32,000 nt of DNA from Acaryochloris marina MBIC11017. Its GTDB lineage: Bacteria > Cyanobacteriota > Cyanobacteriia > Thermosynechococcales > Thermosynechococcaceae. Under the pieces are notes generated by a model, which was given only the letters and a program-made list of their open reading frames with translations, ran no database searches and was not told the DNA's origin. The stretch is from the NCBI RefSeq assembly GCF_000018105.1, contig NC_009925.1, forward strand, positions 1,290,001 through 1,322,000, given 5' to 3'. A program made the position numbers and the translations under genes. The stretch's first letter is position 1, and each line of letters begins with the position of its first letter. Positions 1 to 7,393 of this stretch are shown one piece after another.

Positions 1-28
1 GTTACATTTATTTATATAAAGTTACATT
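1..28 (+). promoter_or_regulatory. HLR1-like phased repeats (GTTACATT / TTTATATA / GTTACATT, 10-nt period) upstream of hli copy 1; cut by window edge
   Basis: Direct reading: GTTACATT at 1-8, TTTATATA at 11-18, GTTACATT at 21-28, ending 28 nt before the ATG at 56. This matches the published HLR1 consensus (G/T)TTACA(T/A)(T/A)-N2-repeat bound by RpaB. Confidence 0.55.
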
Positions 29-55
29 AAGCATGATATTACGGAGTCAAAAATT

Positions 56-199
56 ATGAATTCATCTAACAATTTCTTTGGTTTCAATCCCTTCGCTGAA
101 GCTTGGAGTGGCCGCCTTGCCATGGTTGGCCTTTATATTGCCTTGATCATTGAACTCGTAACAGGTAAGGGGGTCTTGCACTTTTGGGGATTGATATAA
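56..199 (+). CDS. hli: High-light-inducible protein (HLIP / CAB-ELIP-HLIP family, one-helix), 47 aa
   Basis: Hand translation: MNSSNNFFGFNPFAEAWSGRLAMVGLYIALIIELVTGKGVLHFWGLI*. It has the canonical E-x-x-N/S-G-R-x-A-M chlorophyll-binding helix motif. The ORF is too short to appear in the supplied track. GGAG lies upstream of the ATG. Confidence 0.85.
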   Translation: MNSSNNFFGFNPFAEAWSGRLAMVGLYIALIIELVTGKGVLHFWGLI

Positions 200-343
200 A
201 TCGCTTCTAGCGTTGCCCATTTTTCAACTCTCCTATCACCTACATCCTATATGTAACAAAGCATTGATGGATAACTGCCAAACGGTGAAATCTCTTTATA
301 AGCAGCTTCAATATTCTCAGCCGATCCAATATAAACCCTTCTT

Positions 344-370
344 AAACCCAGCCAAAAGGCTGGGTTTTTT
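344..370 (+). terminator. Rho-independent terminator
   Basis: AAACCCAGCC (344-353), loop AAAA, GGCTGGGTTT (358-367), running into a T tract. Confidence 0.7.
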
Positions 371-459
371 CTTAGATCTTGCCCCTCCAATACAGCAGAG
401 CCAATCTTTTGCCTCAACATTCAGGACAGCCTTTCTGTTAACCTACTACTTGACAAAAC

Positions 460-488
460 TTTACATATTGTTTACATCAATTTACATG
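460..488 (+). promoter_or_regulatory. HLR1-like triple repeat upstream of hli copy 2
   Basis: TTTACATA (460-467), TTTACATC (471-478), TTTACATG (481-488), with periods of 11 and 10 nt. They are followed by the leader TTACGGAGTCAAA, which is also present before hli copy 1 (40-52). Confidence 0.6.
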
Positions 489-517
489 GTTGATTTGTAT
501 TTACGGAGTCAAACACC

Positions 518-676
518 ATGAGCATCAAGAATCAAACTTGGGGTTTTAACAGCTTTGCAGAGACCTTTAGTGGTCGCTTAGCAATGTATGGATTTTTCAT
601 CGCCTTGATCACTGAGTTATTGACTGGAAAAGGAATCATTGGACAACTAACCGCATTTTTCTTCTTTGTTAACTAG
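518..676 (+). CDS. hli: High-light-inducible protein (HLIP), 52 aa, tandem paralogue
   Basis: Hand translation: MSIKNQTWGFNSFAETFSGRLAMYGFFIALITELLTGKGIIGQLTAFFFFVN*. It carries the same E..SGRLAM motif and TM helix as copy 1. Confidence 0.85.
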   Translation: MSIKNQTWGFNSFAETFSGRLAMYGFFIALITELLTGKGIIGQLTAFFFFVN

Positions 677-737
677 TTTCTACTTGCATCTGGCTTATCG
701 TCCTGAATCGTCCTTAGTTATTCTTTCCTTCTTTCTT

Positions 738-770
738 GACCCCAGTTGTGAGCTGGGGTCATTTGTTTCT
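738..770 (+). terminator. Rho-independent terminator after hli copy 2
   Basis: GACCCCAG (738-745), loop TTGTGAG, CTGGGGTC (753-760), then ATTTGTTTCT. Confidence 0.65.
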
Positions 771-796
771 CCTTTCATCATTGAATCCTTCCCATC

Positions 797-1753
797 ATGA
801 AATCCTCAGTTCAGAGTAAAGATTCGATTACCGCTTATTTGCAGGAAATTGGCCGGTTTCCTTTGTTGAACCATGAACAAGAAATCATCTTTGGCAAACA
901 AGTTCAGCGAATGATCATGTTGCAGGAACTCAAGCAACAGTTGCACGAACAACTCGAACGGGAGCCTAATCTGTCGGAATGGGCAGATCAAGCTGACATT
1001 CCTGTCTCTCAATTGCAGAAAGAGCTGAAGTTAGGTCAAACAGCCAATCGTAAAATGGTTGAGTCCAATTTGCGATTAGTCGTCTCTATTGCCAAGAAAT
1101 ATAACAAAGCTAAACTTGAATTCCTCGATCTAATCCAAGAAGGCACCATTGGCTTGCAACGAGGGGTGGAGAAGTTCGACCCAACCAAAGGCTATCGATT
1201 TTCCACCTATGCTTATTGGTGGATTCGCCAAGCCATGACTCGCGCCATTGCCGAACAAGAACGTACTATTCGCTTGCCAATCCATATCAATGAGAAATTA
1301 AACAAGCTGCGTAAAGTCAAACGGCAACTCTCCCTCAAACTCCATCGAGATCCGACGGTTGCAGAGTTAGCCACTGAGATGGAGCTTTCCCCTAAGAAAG
1401 TTGAAGCCTTCTTGAGTTATGCCCGTCATTCGATTTCCTTGGATGTTCAAGTGGGCGATCAGCAAAATACTGAATTATGGGAACTACTAGAAGACCCTCA
1501 TGCATCCCCAGAAGACTATGCAACAGCATCCTATTTGCAGTCAGATTTAGCCAAACTCCTAAACGTTCTCAATCCTCAACAACGGGAAGTAATTACCTTA
1601 CGATATGGCCTGATTGACCAGAACCCCTTGACCTTAGCAAAGGTGGGGGAGCGTCTTAACGTCAGTCGAGAATGGGTGCGTCGGGTTGAGCGAGAAGCAT
1701 TTCAACTGCTGCGGTCACAGAAAGTGGTCTTACAAGAGTATCTGGCTTCTTAG
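797..1753 (+). CDS. RNA polymerase sigma-70 family factor, group-2-like (no region 1.1), 318 aa
   Basis: Region 1.2: [11 protein letters not shown]. Region 2: [12 protein letters not shown]...[43 protein letters not shown]. Region 3: [15 protein letters not shown]. Region 4 HTH: [23 protein letters not shown]. Confidence 0.95.
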   Translation: MKSSVQSKDSITAYLQEIGRFPLLNHEQEIIFGKQVQRMIMLQELKQQLHEQLEREPNLSEWADQADIPVSQLQKELKLGQTANRKMVESNLRLVVSIAKKYNKAKLEFLDLIQEGTIGLQRGVEKFDPTKGYRFSTYAYWWIRQAMTRAIAEQERTIRLPIHINEKLNKLRKVKRQLSLKLHRDPTVAELATEMELSPKKVEAFLSYARHSISLDVQVGDQQNTELWELLEDPHASPEDYATASYLQSDLAKLLNVLNPQQREVITLRYGLIDQNPLTLAKVGERLNVSREWVRRVEREAFQLLRSQKVVLQEYLAS

Positions 1754-1784
1754 CCTAGAACCACTTCAATCTCCTACTACCTCT

Positions 1785-1818
1785 AAACGGCTCTTCGGTG
1801 GAAGAGCCGTTTCTCTTT
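1785..1818 (+). terminator. Rho-independent terminator after the sigma gene
   Basis: AAACGGCTCTTC (1785-1796), loop GGTG, GAAGAGCCGTTT (1801-1812), then CTCTTT. Confidence 0.7.
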
Positions 1819-1937
1819 ATATACCGTTACAAAACTAATCGACCAAGGAACTTCCTGATGCTGTTACGAAGTTCCCTAATAAATATAAAAGCCAAAAATA
1901 AAGATTAAAACTTTATTTATCATCTTATTTCGCTGAT

Positions 1938-1980
1938 TATTTATCTATAAATCTCTATTTATCTATAATTCTCTATTTTT
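1938..1980. repeat. Tandem 18-nt AT-rich repeat, ~2.4 copies
   Basis: TATTTATCTATAAATCTC (1938-1955), TATTTATCTATAATTCTC (1956-1973), and a partial TATTTTT. Confidence 0.8.
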
Positions 1981-2040
1981 AAGTAGGAAAACAATCATTA
2001 TTTTCTCGAATATTATTACCACAAATGAATGAATATGTAA

Positions 2041-2096
2041 ATATATTTGACATAACGTTACAAAATAGTTAATATATTTTACATAACGTTACAAAA
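2041..2096 (+). promoter_or_regulatory. Duplicated HLR1 module (two full HLR1 sites 31 bp apart) upstream of the PGR5-like gene
   Basis: ATATATTTGACATAACGTTACAAAA (2041-2065) and ATATATTTTACATAACGTTACAAAA (2072-2096). Each holds (T)TGACATA/TTTACATA-AC-GTTACAAA, an 8+2+8 HLR1 arrangement. AGGAG lies at 2097-2101 and the ATG at 2108. Confidence 0.6.
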
Positions 2097-2107
2097 AGGA
2101 GTTCATC

Positions 2108-2305
2108 ATGTTTGCCCCTCTCGTCGTACTAGTCCGCAACATTGTTGGTCAGCCCAAATTCGTAAAGCTGAGAGGTAAAGCTATCGCCATGCACTCTAAA
2201 GCCATCACGAATTTCTGCAATCAAGTAGGGATTGACCGGAGTCGCCGTCAAGGTTGGATTCGACTAGCTCGCGACAATGGCAAACGCCTTGGGCTCCTCG
2301 CATAA
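2108..2305 (+). CDS. pgr5: PGR5-like protein (cyclic electron flow), 65 aa
   Basis: The sequence MFAPLVVLVRNIVGQPKFVKLRGKAIAMHSKAITNFCNQVGIDRSRRQGWIRLARDNGKRLGLLA is collinear with my recollection of Synechocystis Ssr2016 and the mature Arabidopsis PGR5 (FAPLVVV.RN.VGKK.FNQLRGKAIALHSQ.IT.FC...G.D.KQRQGLIRLAKKNG..LG.LA). Confidence 0.7.
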   Translation: MFAPLVVLVRNIVGQPKFVKLRGKAIAMHSKAITNFCNQVGIDRSRRQGWIRLARDNGKRLGLLA

Positions 2306-2475
2306 AACGCCAGCGTTGAACGTTATCGCCACCTATCGAGTGATGCTTTCACCGCCATTAGCAACCCAGTATTTCTTCACTACTGCTCAACCATCTGGTG
2401 ATTGGAATAAGACAGATTTAAGACTTGGGTTCACCAACCGTTGAGTAAACCACTTTTTTAACTAAGGAATTTCTC

Positions 2476-4365
2476 ATGCCTGTTAACGACAAACCTAGAC
2501 GTCCCCGCCCGAATCCCCTCAGCACCATTTTGTTGTTGCTTCCCGTCGGACTCCTTATACTCAATTTGGTCCTGACCTTTGGTAACAATCCTCGGGTTTC
2601 GAAAGTGCCCTACAGCTTCTTTCTTGAGCAAGTTCAAGACGGAGAGGTGGCTAGGGTTTCCGTTGGCCAAGATATCATCCGCTATCAACTCAAAGGTACT
2701 GAGGGGAATATCGGTCAGGTTCAAGAAACCACTCCTATCTTTGACTTAGAGTTGCCCAAGGTACTCGAAGCTAACGATGTCGAATTCGCTGCGACCCCTC
2801 CTGCTGGCAATCGCTGGTTCACCACTTTATTAGGCTGGGTCATCCCTCCTATTATCTTCGTGGCTATCTTTCGATTCTTTAGCCGAGGTGGCATCGGTGG
2901 TGGTGGTCCTCAAGGTGCCCTCTCCGTTACCAAAAACAAAGCCAAAGTCTACGTCGAAGGCGATGACAACAAAGTCACCTTTGATGACGTGGCTGGTGTA
3001 GAAGAATCTAAAACTGAACTCGAAGAAATTGTAGAATTCCTCAAGTCTCCCCAACGCTTTACTGAGATTGGTGCCAAGATTCCCAAAGGTGTTCTCTTAG
3101 TGGGTCCTCCTGGAACTGGTAAAACCTTAATGGCCAAAGCCGTCGCTGGTGAAGCAGGCGTGCCCTTCTTCAGCATCTCTGGTTCAGAATTTGTAGAACT
3201 GTTTGTTGGTACCGGTGCGGCCCGAGTCCGTGACCTGTTTGAACAAGCTAAAAAGAAAGCCCCCTGCATTATCTTTATTGACGAACTTGATGCCATTGGT
3301 AAATCTCGGGCTGGTGGAAATGGTTTCGTCGGCGGTAATGACGAACGCGAGCAAACCCTCAATCAGCTGCTCACCGAAATGGATGGCTTTGGAGCCGGAG
3401 ATGCCACCGTTATCGTCCTAGCTGCTACCAACCGTCCTGAAACCTTAGACCCCGCCCTTCTGCGTCCCGGTCGCTTTGACCGCCAAGTCCTCGTAGATCG
3501 TCCAGACCTCACAGGTCGTCTGGCCATCTTGGAAATCTATGCCAAGAAAGTGAAGCTGGGTGAGAACGTAGACCTTAAAGCCATGGCTACCCGTACCCCA
3601 GGTTTTGCTGGCGCAGACCTCGCTAACTTGGTGAATGAAGCCGCCCTATTAGCCGCCCGTCGAGGCAGCAAGGTCGTTGAGACTCAAGACTTTGCCGAAG
3701 CCATTGAGCGCGTCGTTGCTGGACTAGAGAAAAAGAGCCGCGTCCTCAACGACAAAGAGAAGAAGATCGTTGCTTATCACGAAGTCGGTCATGCCCTCGT
3801 CGGAGCCAAGATGTCTGGTACGGATCAAGTGGAGAAGATTTCCATTGTTCCTAGAGGTATGGCAGCCTTAGGCTACACCCTCCAGGTCCCGACAGAAGAT
3901 CGCTTCTTGTTAAACGAAGCTGAACTCAAAGGTCAGATTGCCACGCTTCTAGGTGGACGAGCTGCAGAAGAAGTCATCTTTGGCAGCATCACCACAGGTG
4001 CATCCAATGACTTACAGCGAGCCACGGACTTAGCCGAGCAAATGGTCACCTCCTATGGCATGAGTGAAGTGTTAGGACCCCTGGCTTATGACAAGGGTCA
4101 GCAGAATAACTTCCTCGGTGGCGGTATGAATGCGAGACGAATGGTCAGTGATGAAACAGCCAAAGCCATTGATAAGGAAGTCAAGGGCATAGTGGAAACC
4201 GCTCATCAGGAAGCTCTGAGTATCCTCAAGGAGAATAAGGAACTGCTGGAGATGATTTCTGAGCAATTGCTGGAGTCAGAGGTGATTGAGGGTGCTTCTC
4301 TCAGGGACTTACTGGCGAAAGTGAACCCTGAATCCCACGTACAGGCTGAGCCTGTAGCGGTCTAA
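2476..4365 (+). CDS. ftsH: ATP-dependent zinc metalloprotease FtsH, 629 aa
   Basis: Two N-terminal TM segments; Walker A GPPGTGKT; Walker B IIFIDELD; [23 protein letters not shown]; zinc site HEVGHA. Confidence 0.97.
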   Translation: MPVNDKPRRPRPNPLSTILLLLPVGLLILNLVLTFGNNPRVSKVPYSFFLEQVQDGEVARVSVGQDIIRYQLKGTEGNIGQVQETTPIFDLELPKVLEANDVEFAATPPAGNRWFTTLLGWVIPPIIFVAIFRFFSRGGIGGGGPQGALSVTKNKAKVYVEGDDNKVTFDDVAGVEESKTELEEIVEFLKSPQRFTEIGAKIPKGVLLVGPPGTGKTLMAKAVAGEAGVPFFSISGSEFVELFVGTGAARVRDLFEQAKKKAPCIIFIDELDAIGKSRAGGNGFVGGNDEREQTLNQLLTEMDGFGAGDATVIVLAATNRPETLDPALLRPGRFDRQVLVDRPDLTGRLAILEIYAKKVKLGENVDLKAMATRTPGFAGADLANLVNEAALLAARRGSKVVETQDFAEAIERVVAGLEKKSRVLNDKEKKIVAYHEVGHALVGAKMSGTDQVEKISIVPRGMAALGYTLQVPTEDRFLLNEAELKGQIATLLGGRAAEEVIFGSITTGASNDLQRATDLAEQMVTSYGMSEVLGPLAYDKGQQNNFLGGGMNARRMVSDETAKAIDKEVKGIVETAHQEALSILKENKELLEMISEQLLESEVIEGASLRDLLAKVNPESHVQAEPVAV

Positions 4366-4394
4366 CACTTTGCATTACGAATTCCTTTGAATGA

Positions 4395-4420
4395 CCCCTG
4401 CGTAGCAGGGGGCATTTTTT
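4395..4420 (+). terminator. Rho-independent terminator after ftsH
   Basis: CCCCTGC (4395-4401), loop GTA, GCAGGGG (4405-4411), then GCATTTTTT. Confidence 0.75.
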
Positions 4421-4571
4421 GTGCCTGTCGAAATTTACACCCTGGTCCAATTTCTTGGTGATTTTATATAGGCTATGGTTGCCTAAGCCTGGTAGATTAA
4501 GGCATGGAAGCTATCAATAGCACATCGTGAATTCAATAGCTAAGTGAAAATCGACCAATTTTTTTACACTT

Positions 4572-4609
4572 CCAAAAACTTTGCGGTTACTCCACCACAA
4601 AGTTTTTGG
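4572..4609. repeat. Perfect 12-bp-stem hairpin / inverted repeat
   Basis: CCAAAAACTTTG (4572-4583), 14-nt loop CGGTTACTCCACCA, CAAAGTTTTTGG (4598-4609). Confidence 0.8.
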
Positions 4610-4754
4610 AAATGATCAGTAAGCTATGTAGTAAAGTGTGCTGAGGCTTTATATTCTAAGATCGTTGAATTTTAATAATACTCCTCAACAGATTGAGTCA
4701 CGACAAGCCTTCGCTAAAGACAAATTAACTGCTCTTTAATTTAGACAAGATTAG

Positions 4755-6053
4755 TTGTCTATGCCTAATTCTATTGCTTTGATTGCCCATGAAAGCAAGA
4801 AAAACGACATCGTTACTCTTGTCCAGCGGTATCATTCGCTTCTTAACCGCTATCTTATTGTCGCTACTCCAGATACTGGAAAATGGATTCAAGATGCGAC
4901 TAACCTTACAGTTGAGACTGTAGTATCAGAAGCAGATGGTGGTCTGTTGCAAATCGCGGCCCGACTAGTATCAAGCGAAGTCGTAGGTGTGATTTTCCTG
5001 ATGGATACGATCAACGTTCCATCTCAGTTACCCGACGTTCAAGCTCTATTGAGGGTTTGTAACCGTTATGAGGTGCCCTTAGCGACTAACATTGCAACGG
5101 CTGAATTGGCGATTCAGGGGGTCGCCAAGCGTCGGGACGCTTATTTGATTTTTAATCCCATAGCAGGACAAGGTAATCCAGATCGCGACTTGGCTCTGAT
5201 TCAGAAAATTCTGGAACCACAGATGAATCTCCACATTATCTTGACGCAACCAGATATTGATCCAGTAGAGCAAGCTAAGGAAGCAATTACCGCAATCCAA
5301 TCTGCTCAATCTGAGGACAGCACTGCTTGTATTATTGCTTCTGGGGGAGATGGAACTGTGTCAGCCATTGCAGGTACCACTCTTGAAACTGGTATTCCTG
5401 TTGGCATTATTCCCAGAGGAACCGCCAACGCCTTTGCCGTGGCTTTAGGATTACCTACAGATCTCAAGCGGGCCTGTGAAACGATTGCAGCAGGTAACAC
5501 GCGTATGGTGGATGCAGCTTACTGTAACGATATCCCAATGGTGCTTTTGGCCGGAGTGGGGTTTGAAGCTCAAATGGTCAACAACGCCAGCCGAGAATTA
5601 AAAAATCGCATAGGCACGCTTGCCTACGTCTTGTCTGCCGCCCAGCAATTTTTTGCCCAAAAGGATTTCAATGCCACGGTTGAGTTAGATGGTCAGGTTT
5701 TGGAATTTAAGACTGGAGCGGTGACCATTGCCAATGCAGCCCCACCAAGCTCAATTAGTGCCCAGGGGTTTGGAGCTGTAATTCCTGATGATGGGTTGCT
5801 AGAGGTTACCATTCCAACATCCAAAACTCTACTACAGGACATAAATACTTCTGCGACGCTGCTTGCCTCAGCTTTAGTGAAGACTCAATTTGAAGATAGA
5901 AATCTAGTCTGTTTGCGGACCCATCAACTTAAGGTAACGACTGATCCACCGCAAACACTCGTGGTAGATGGTGAAGTTTTGGAAGCTAATCCCATAGAAT
6001 TTATCTGCGTCCCCAAAGGGCTAACAGTGTTCTCACCTCTATTAACTACTTAG
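4755..6053 (+). CDS. Fusion protein: N-terminal methylglyoxal-synthase-like (MGS-like) domain plus diacylglycerol/lipid kinase catalytic domain (YegS/BmrU-type), 432 aa
   Basis: The N-terminus IALIAHESKKNDIV...VGVIFLMD resembles the MGS fold. The kinase part has FNPIAGQG, ASGGDGTVS and GIIPRGTANAFA motifs. The track start is TTG 4755; an ATG at 4761 is an equally plausible start. Confidence 0.8.
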   Translation: MSMPNSIALIAHESKKNDIVTLVQRYHSLLNRYLIVATPDTGKWIQDATNLTVETVVSEADGGLLQIAARLVSSEVVGVIFLMDTINVPSQLPDVQALLRVCNRYEVPLATNIATAELAIQGVAKRRDAYLIFNPIAGQGNPDRDLALIQKILEPQMNLHIILTQPDIDPVEQAKEAITAIQSAQSEDSTACIIASGGDGTVSAIAGTTLETGIPVGIIPRGTANAFAVALGLPTDLKRACETIAAGNTRMVDAAYCNDIPMVLLAGVGFEAQMVNNASRELKNRIGTLAYVLSAAQQFFAQKDFNATVELDGQVLEFKTGAVTIANAAPPSSISAQGFGAVIPDDGLLEVTIPTSKTLLQDINTSATLLASALVKTQFEDRNLVCLRTHQLKVTTDPPQTLVVDGEVLEANPIEFICVPKGLTVFSPLLTT

Positions 6054-6056
6054 GTA

Positions 6057-6210
6057 TCCCTCTTTTGTCACTTCAGATAGATGAAATTTGAAACAACGTA
6101 ATTGCGTTTGGAGTGAACCCAATCATCAGGCCATGCACTAACGTAATTTCAAGCTTACAGATACTCTCCTATTAAACAGATACTCTCCTATTAAAGTGAT
6201 AAAAGAGGGA
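6057..6210. repeat. MITE-like element or long stem-loop: 15-bp terminal inverted repeats enclosing a 19-nt tandem duplication
   Basis: TCCCTCTTTTGTCAC (6057-6071) versus GTGATAAAAGAGGGA (6196-6210), 14/15 complementary. Internal CAGATACTCTCCTATTAAA occurs twice in tandem (6158-6176 and 6177-6195). Confidence 0.6.
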
Positions 6211-6433
6211 CAGACCCTGCCCCCCTGGTTGTGAAGAGAGGGTGGGAAAAAGTCCTAGAGAAGTGATGGCAGGAGAGAAGCATCCTCACTGGCTAGAACT
6301 GCTAGGATTCAAACTCTTCAAAAGAGCTTAGGGAATGCAATAAAATCTGGACTGGTCATTTCTAGAGATGGCCTGATTTGTCGTGCGAGTGTTACCCATT
6401 TTTGGCCATTTCTGAACAAAGTCCATTTCGAGA

Positions 6434-7063
6434 CTAGCGCTCGTTGCAAATTGGATCGCTACTCAGGTCACCAGGGGGTTGCGTTGTCATTTTATATTCA
6501 ATTACTTTTTCCCGAGACATCCAGTGCATGCTGTCAGCTGGAGCAGCTTCTAATGTGAACCAATAGAAGGAACGAGGAATTCCTACGTAATCATAATAGG
6601 TAAGATAGGGCTTATGGAGATCATGATCGCGCGGAACTTGGTTGCCACGAAGGGAATTCTCATTTGTCCCAGCGGCCCAGCTGTGAACACCGATACAAGC
6701 ACCCTTTTCAATCGTTCGGGAAACACCTGCAAGAAATAGGTCTGTTCCGCCAGAGGCTACCATGCCATTACCTGGGACATGTGTTGCGAAACCTTGACTG
6801 TGTACAAAGCTGGCAAATATCCGGTTTGCCTCATCATTGACTGAACCACCGACATTCTTTAAGACAAGAGTCTTCGCGTCTGGAGCAGTTTCAATGGCTT
6901 TTTTAAACAGTGACAGGCTTGTGCTATCGATGATGCCTTCCCCGATAATTTCATTACCCACAACGGTAAACTCAAGGGTTTCGTAGTCTTCAAGCTCAGA
7001 ACTGGTGCATGCTGTTATGGAGAAGTTAGCAACTAGGCTTATGGTTGTCAGCAATTTATTCAC
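6434..7063 (-). CDS. Putative lipoprotein of unknown function (possibly ClpP/crotonase-like periplasmic fold), 209 aa
   Basis: Signal peptide with lipobox-like SITAC near the N-terminus. The ORF is long and uninterrupted with normal composition. The fold assignment is only an impression. Confidence 0.55.
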   Translation of the reverse strand: MNKLLTTISLVANFSITACTSSELEDYETLEFTVVGNEIIGEGIIDSTSLSLFKKAIETAPDAKTLVLKNVGGSVNDEANRIFASFVHSQGFATHVPGNGMVASGGTDLFLAGVSRTIEKGACIGVHSWAAGTNENSLRGNQVPRDHDLHKPYLTYYDYVGIPRSFYWFTLEAAPADSMHWMSREKVIEYKMTTQPPGDLSSDPICNER

Positions 7064-7230
7064 ATCAAACTAAATTCTGTTGAGATTAATATCACATAGC
7101 TGTCTGTCACTATCCTTTTGCCAAAATTACAATCTTGTAAAGTTCATAACATTTGATTTTCACAAACTGATTTCTTGACGTTCGCGTTATCCAAAGCTGA
7201 ATAAATATCTTGCCTCTTCCTCTTGTATTC

Positions 7231-7348
7231 AATAGACCTCTTGCATAATTCAACTAACGATATGGTAGAGGACTTAAAATTCGAGTCAGATCGCGACATT
7301 TTTTGCGTAAGTAGCACATCATGAAACGAATATTGCAAGAGGTCTAAT
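7231..7348. repeat. 21-nt imperfect inverted repeat pair (13-bp perfect core) in a divergent promoter region
   Basis: AATAGACCTCTTGCATAATTC (7231-7251) versus GAATATTGCAAGAGGTCTAAT (7328-7348). The core TAGACCTCTTGCA / TGCAAGAGGTCTA is perfect; 18/21 overall. Confidence 0.75.
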
Positions 7349-7393
7349 CTTCATCAGTATTGATAAAGTTAAAGCAACATTGCAGAGTGATGT

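Noticed and set aside
213-521. 102-aa plus-strand ORF between the two hli genes
   Set aside because: It runs straight through a strong terminator hairpin (344-370) and the HLR1 repeats (460-488). It needs a TTG start and has an implausible low-complexity sequence. The region is better explained as a 3' UTR, terminator and promoter.
2458-4266. Several minus- and plus-frame ORFs overlapping ftsH (2458-2724, 2830-3054, 2949-3362, 3203-3421, 4072-4266)
   Set aside because: They are shadow ORFs inside an unambiguous FtsH coding sequence and show no recognisable motifs.
1938-6195. Short tandem repeats (18-mer at 1938-1980, 19-mer at 6158-6195) as CRISPR-like arrays
   Set aside because: There are only about 2 copies each, directly abutting with no spacers, and no cas genes. 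They are simple tandem duplications.
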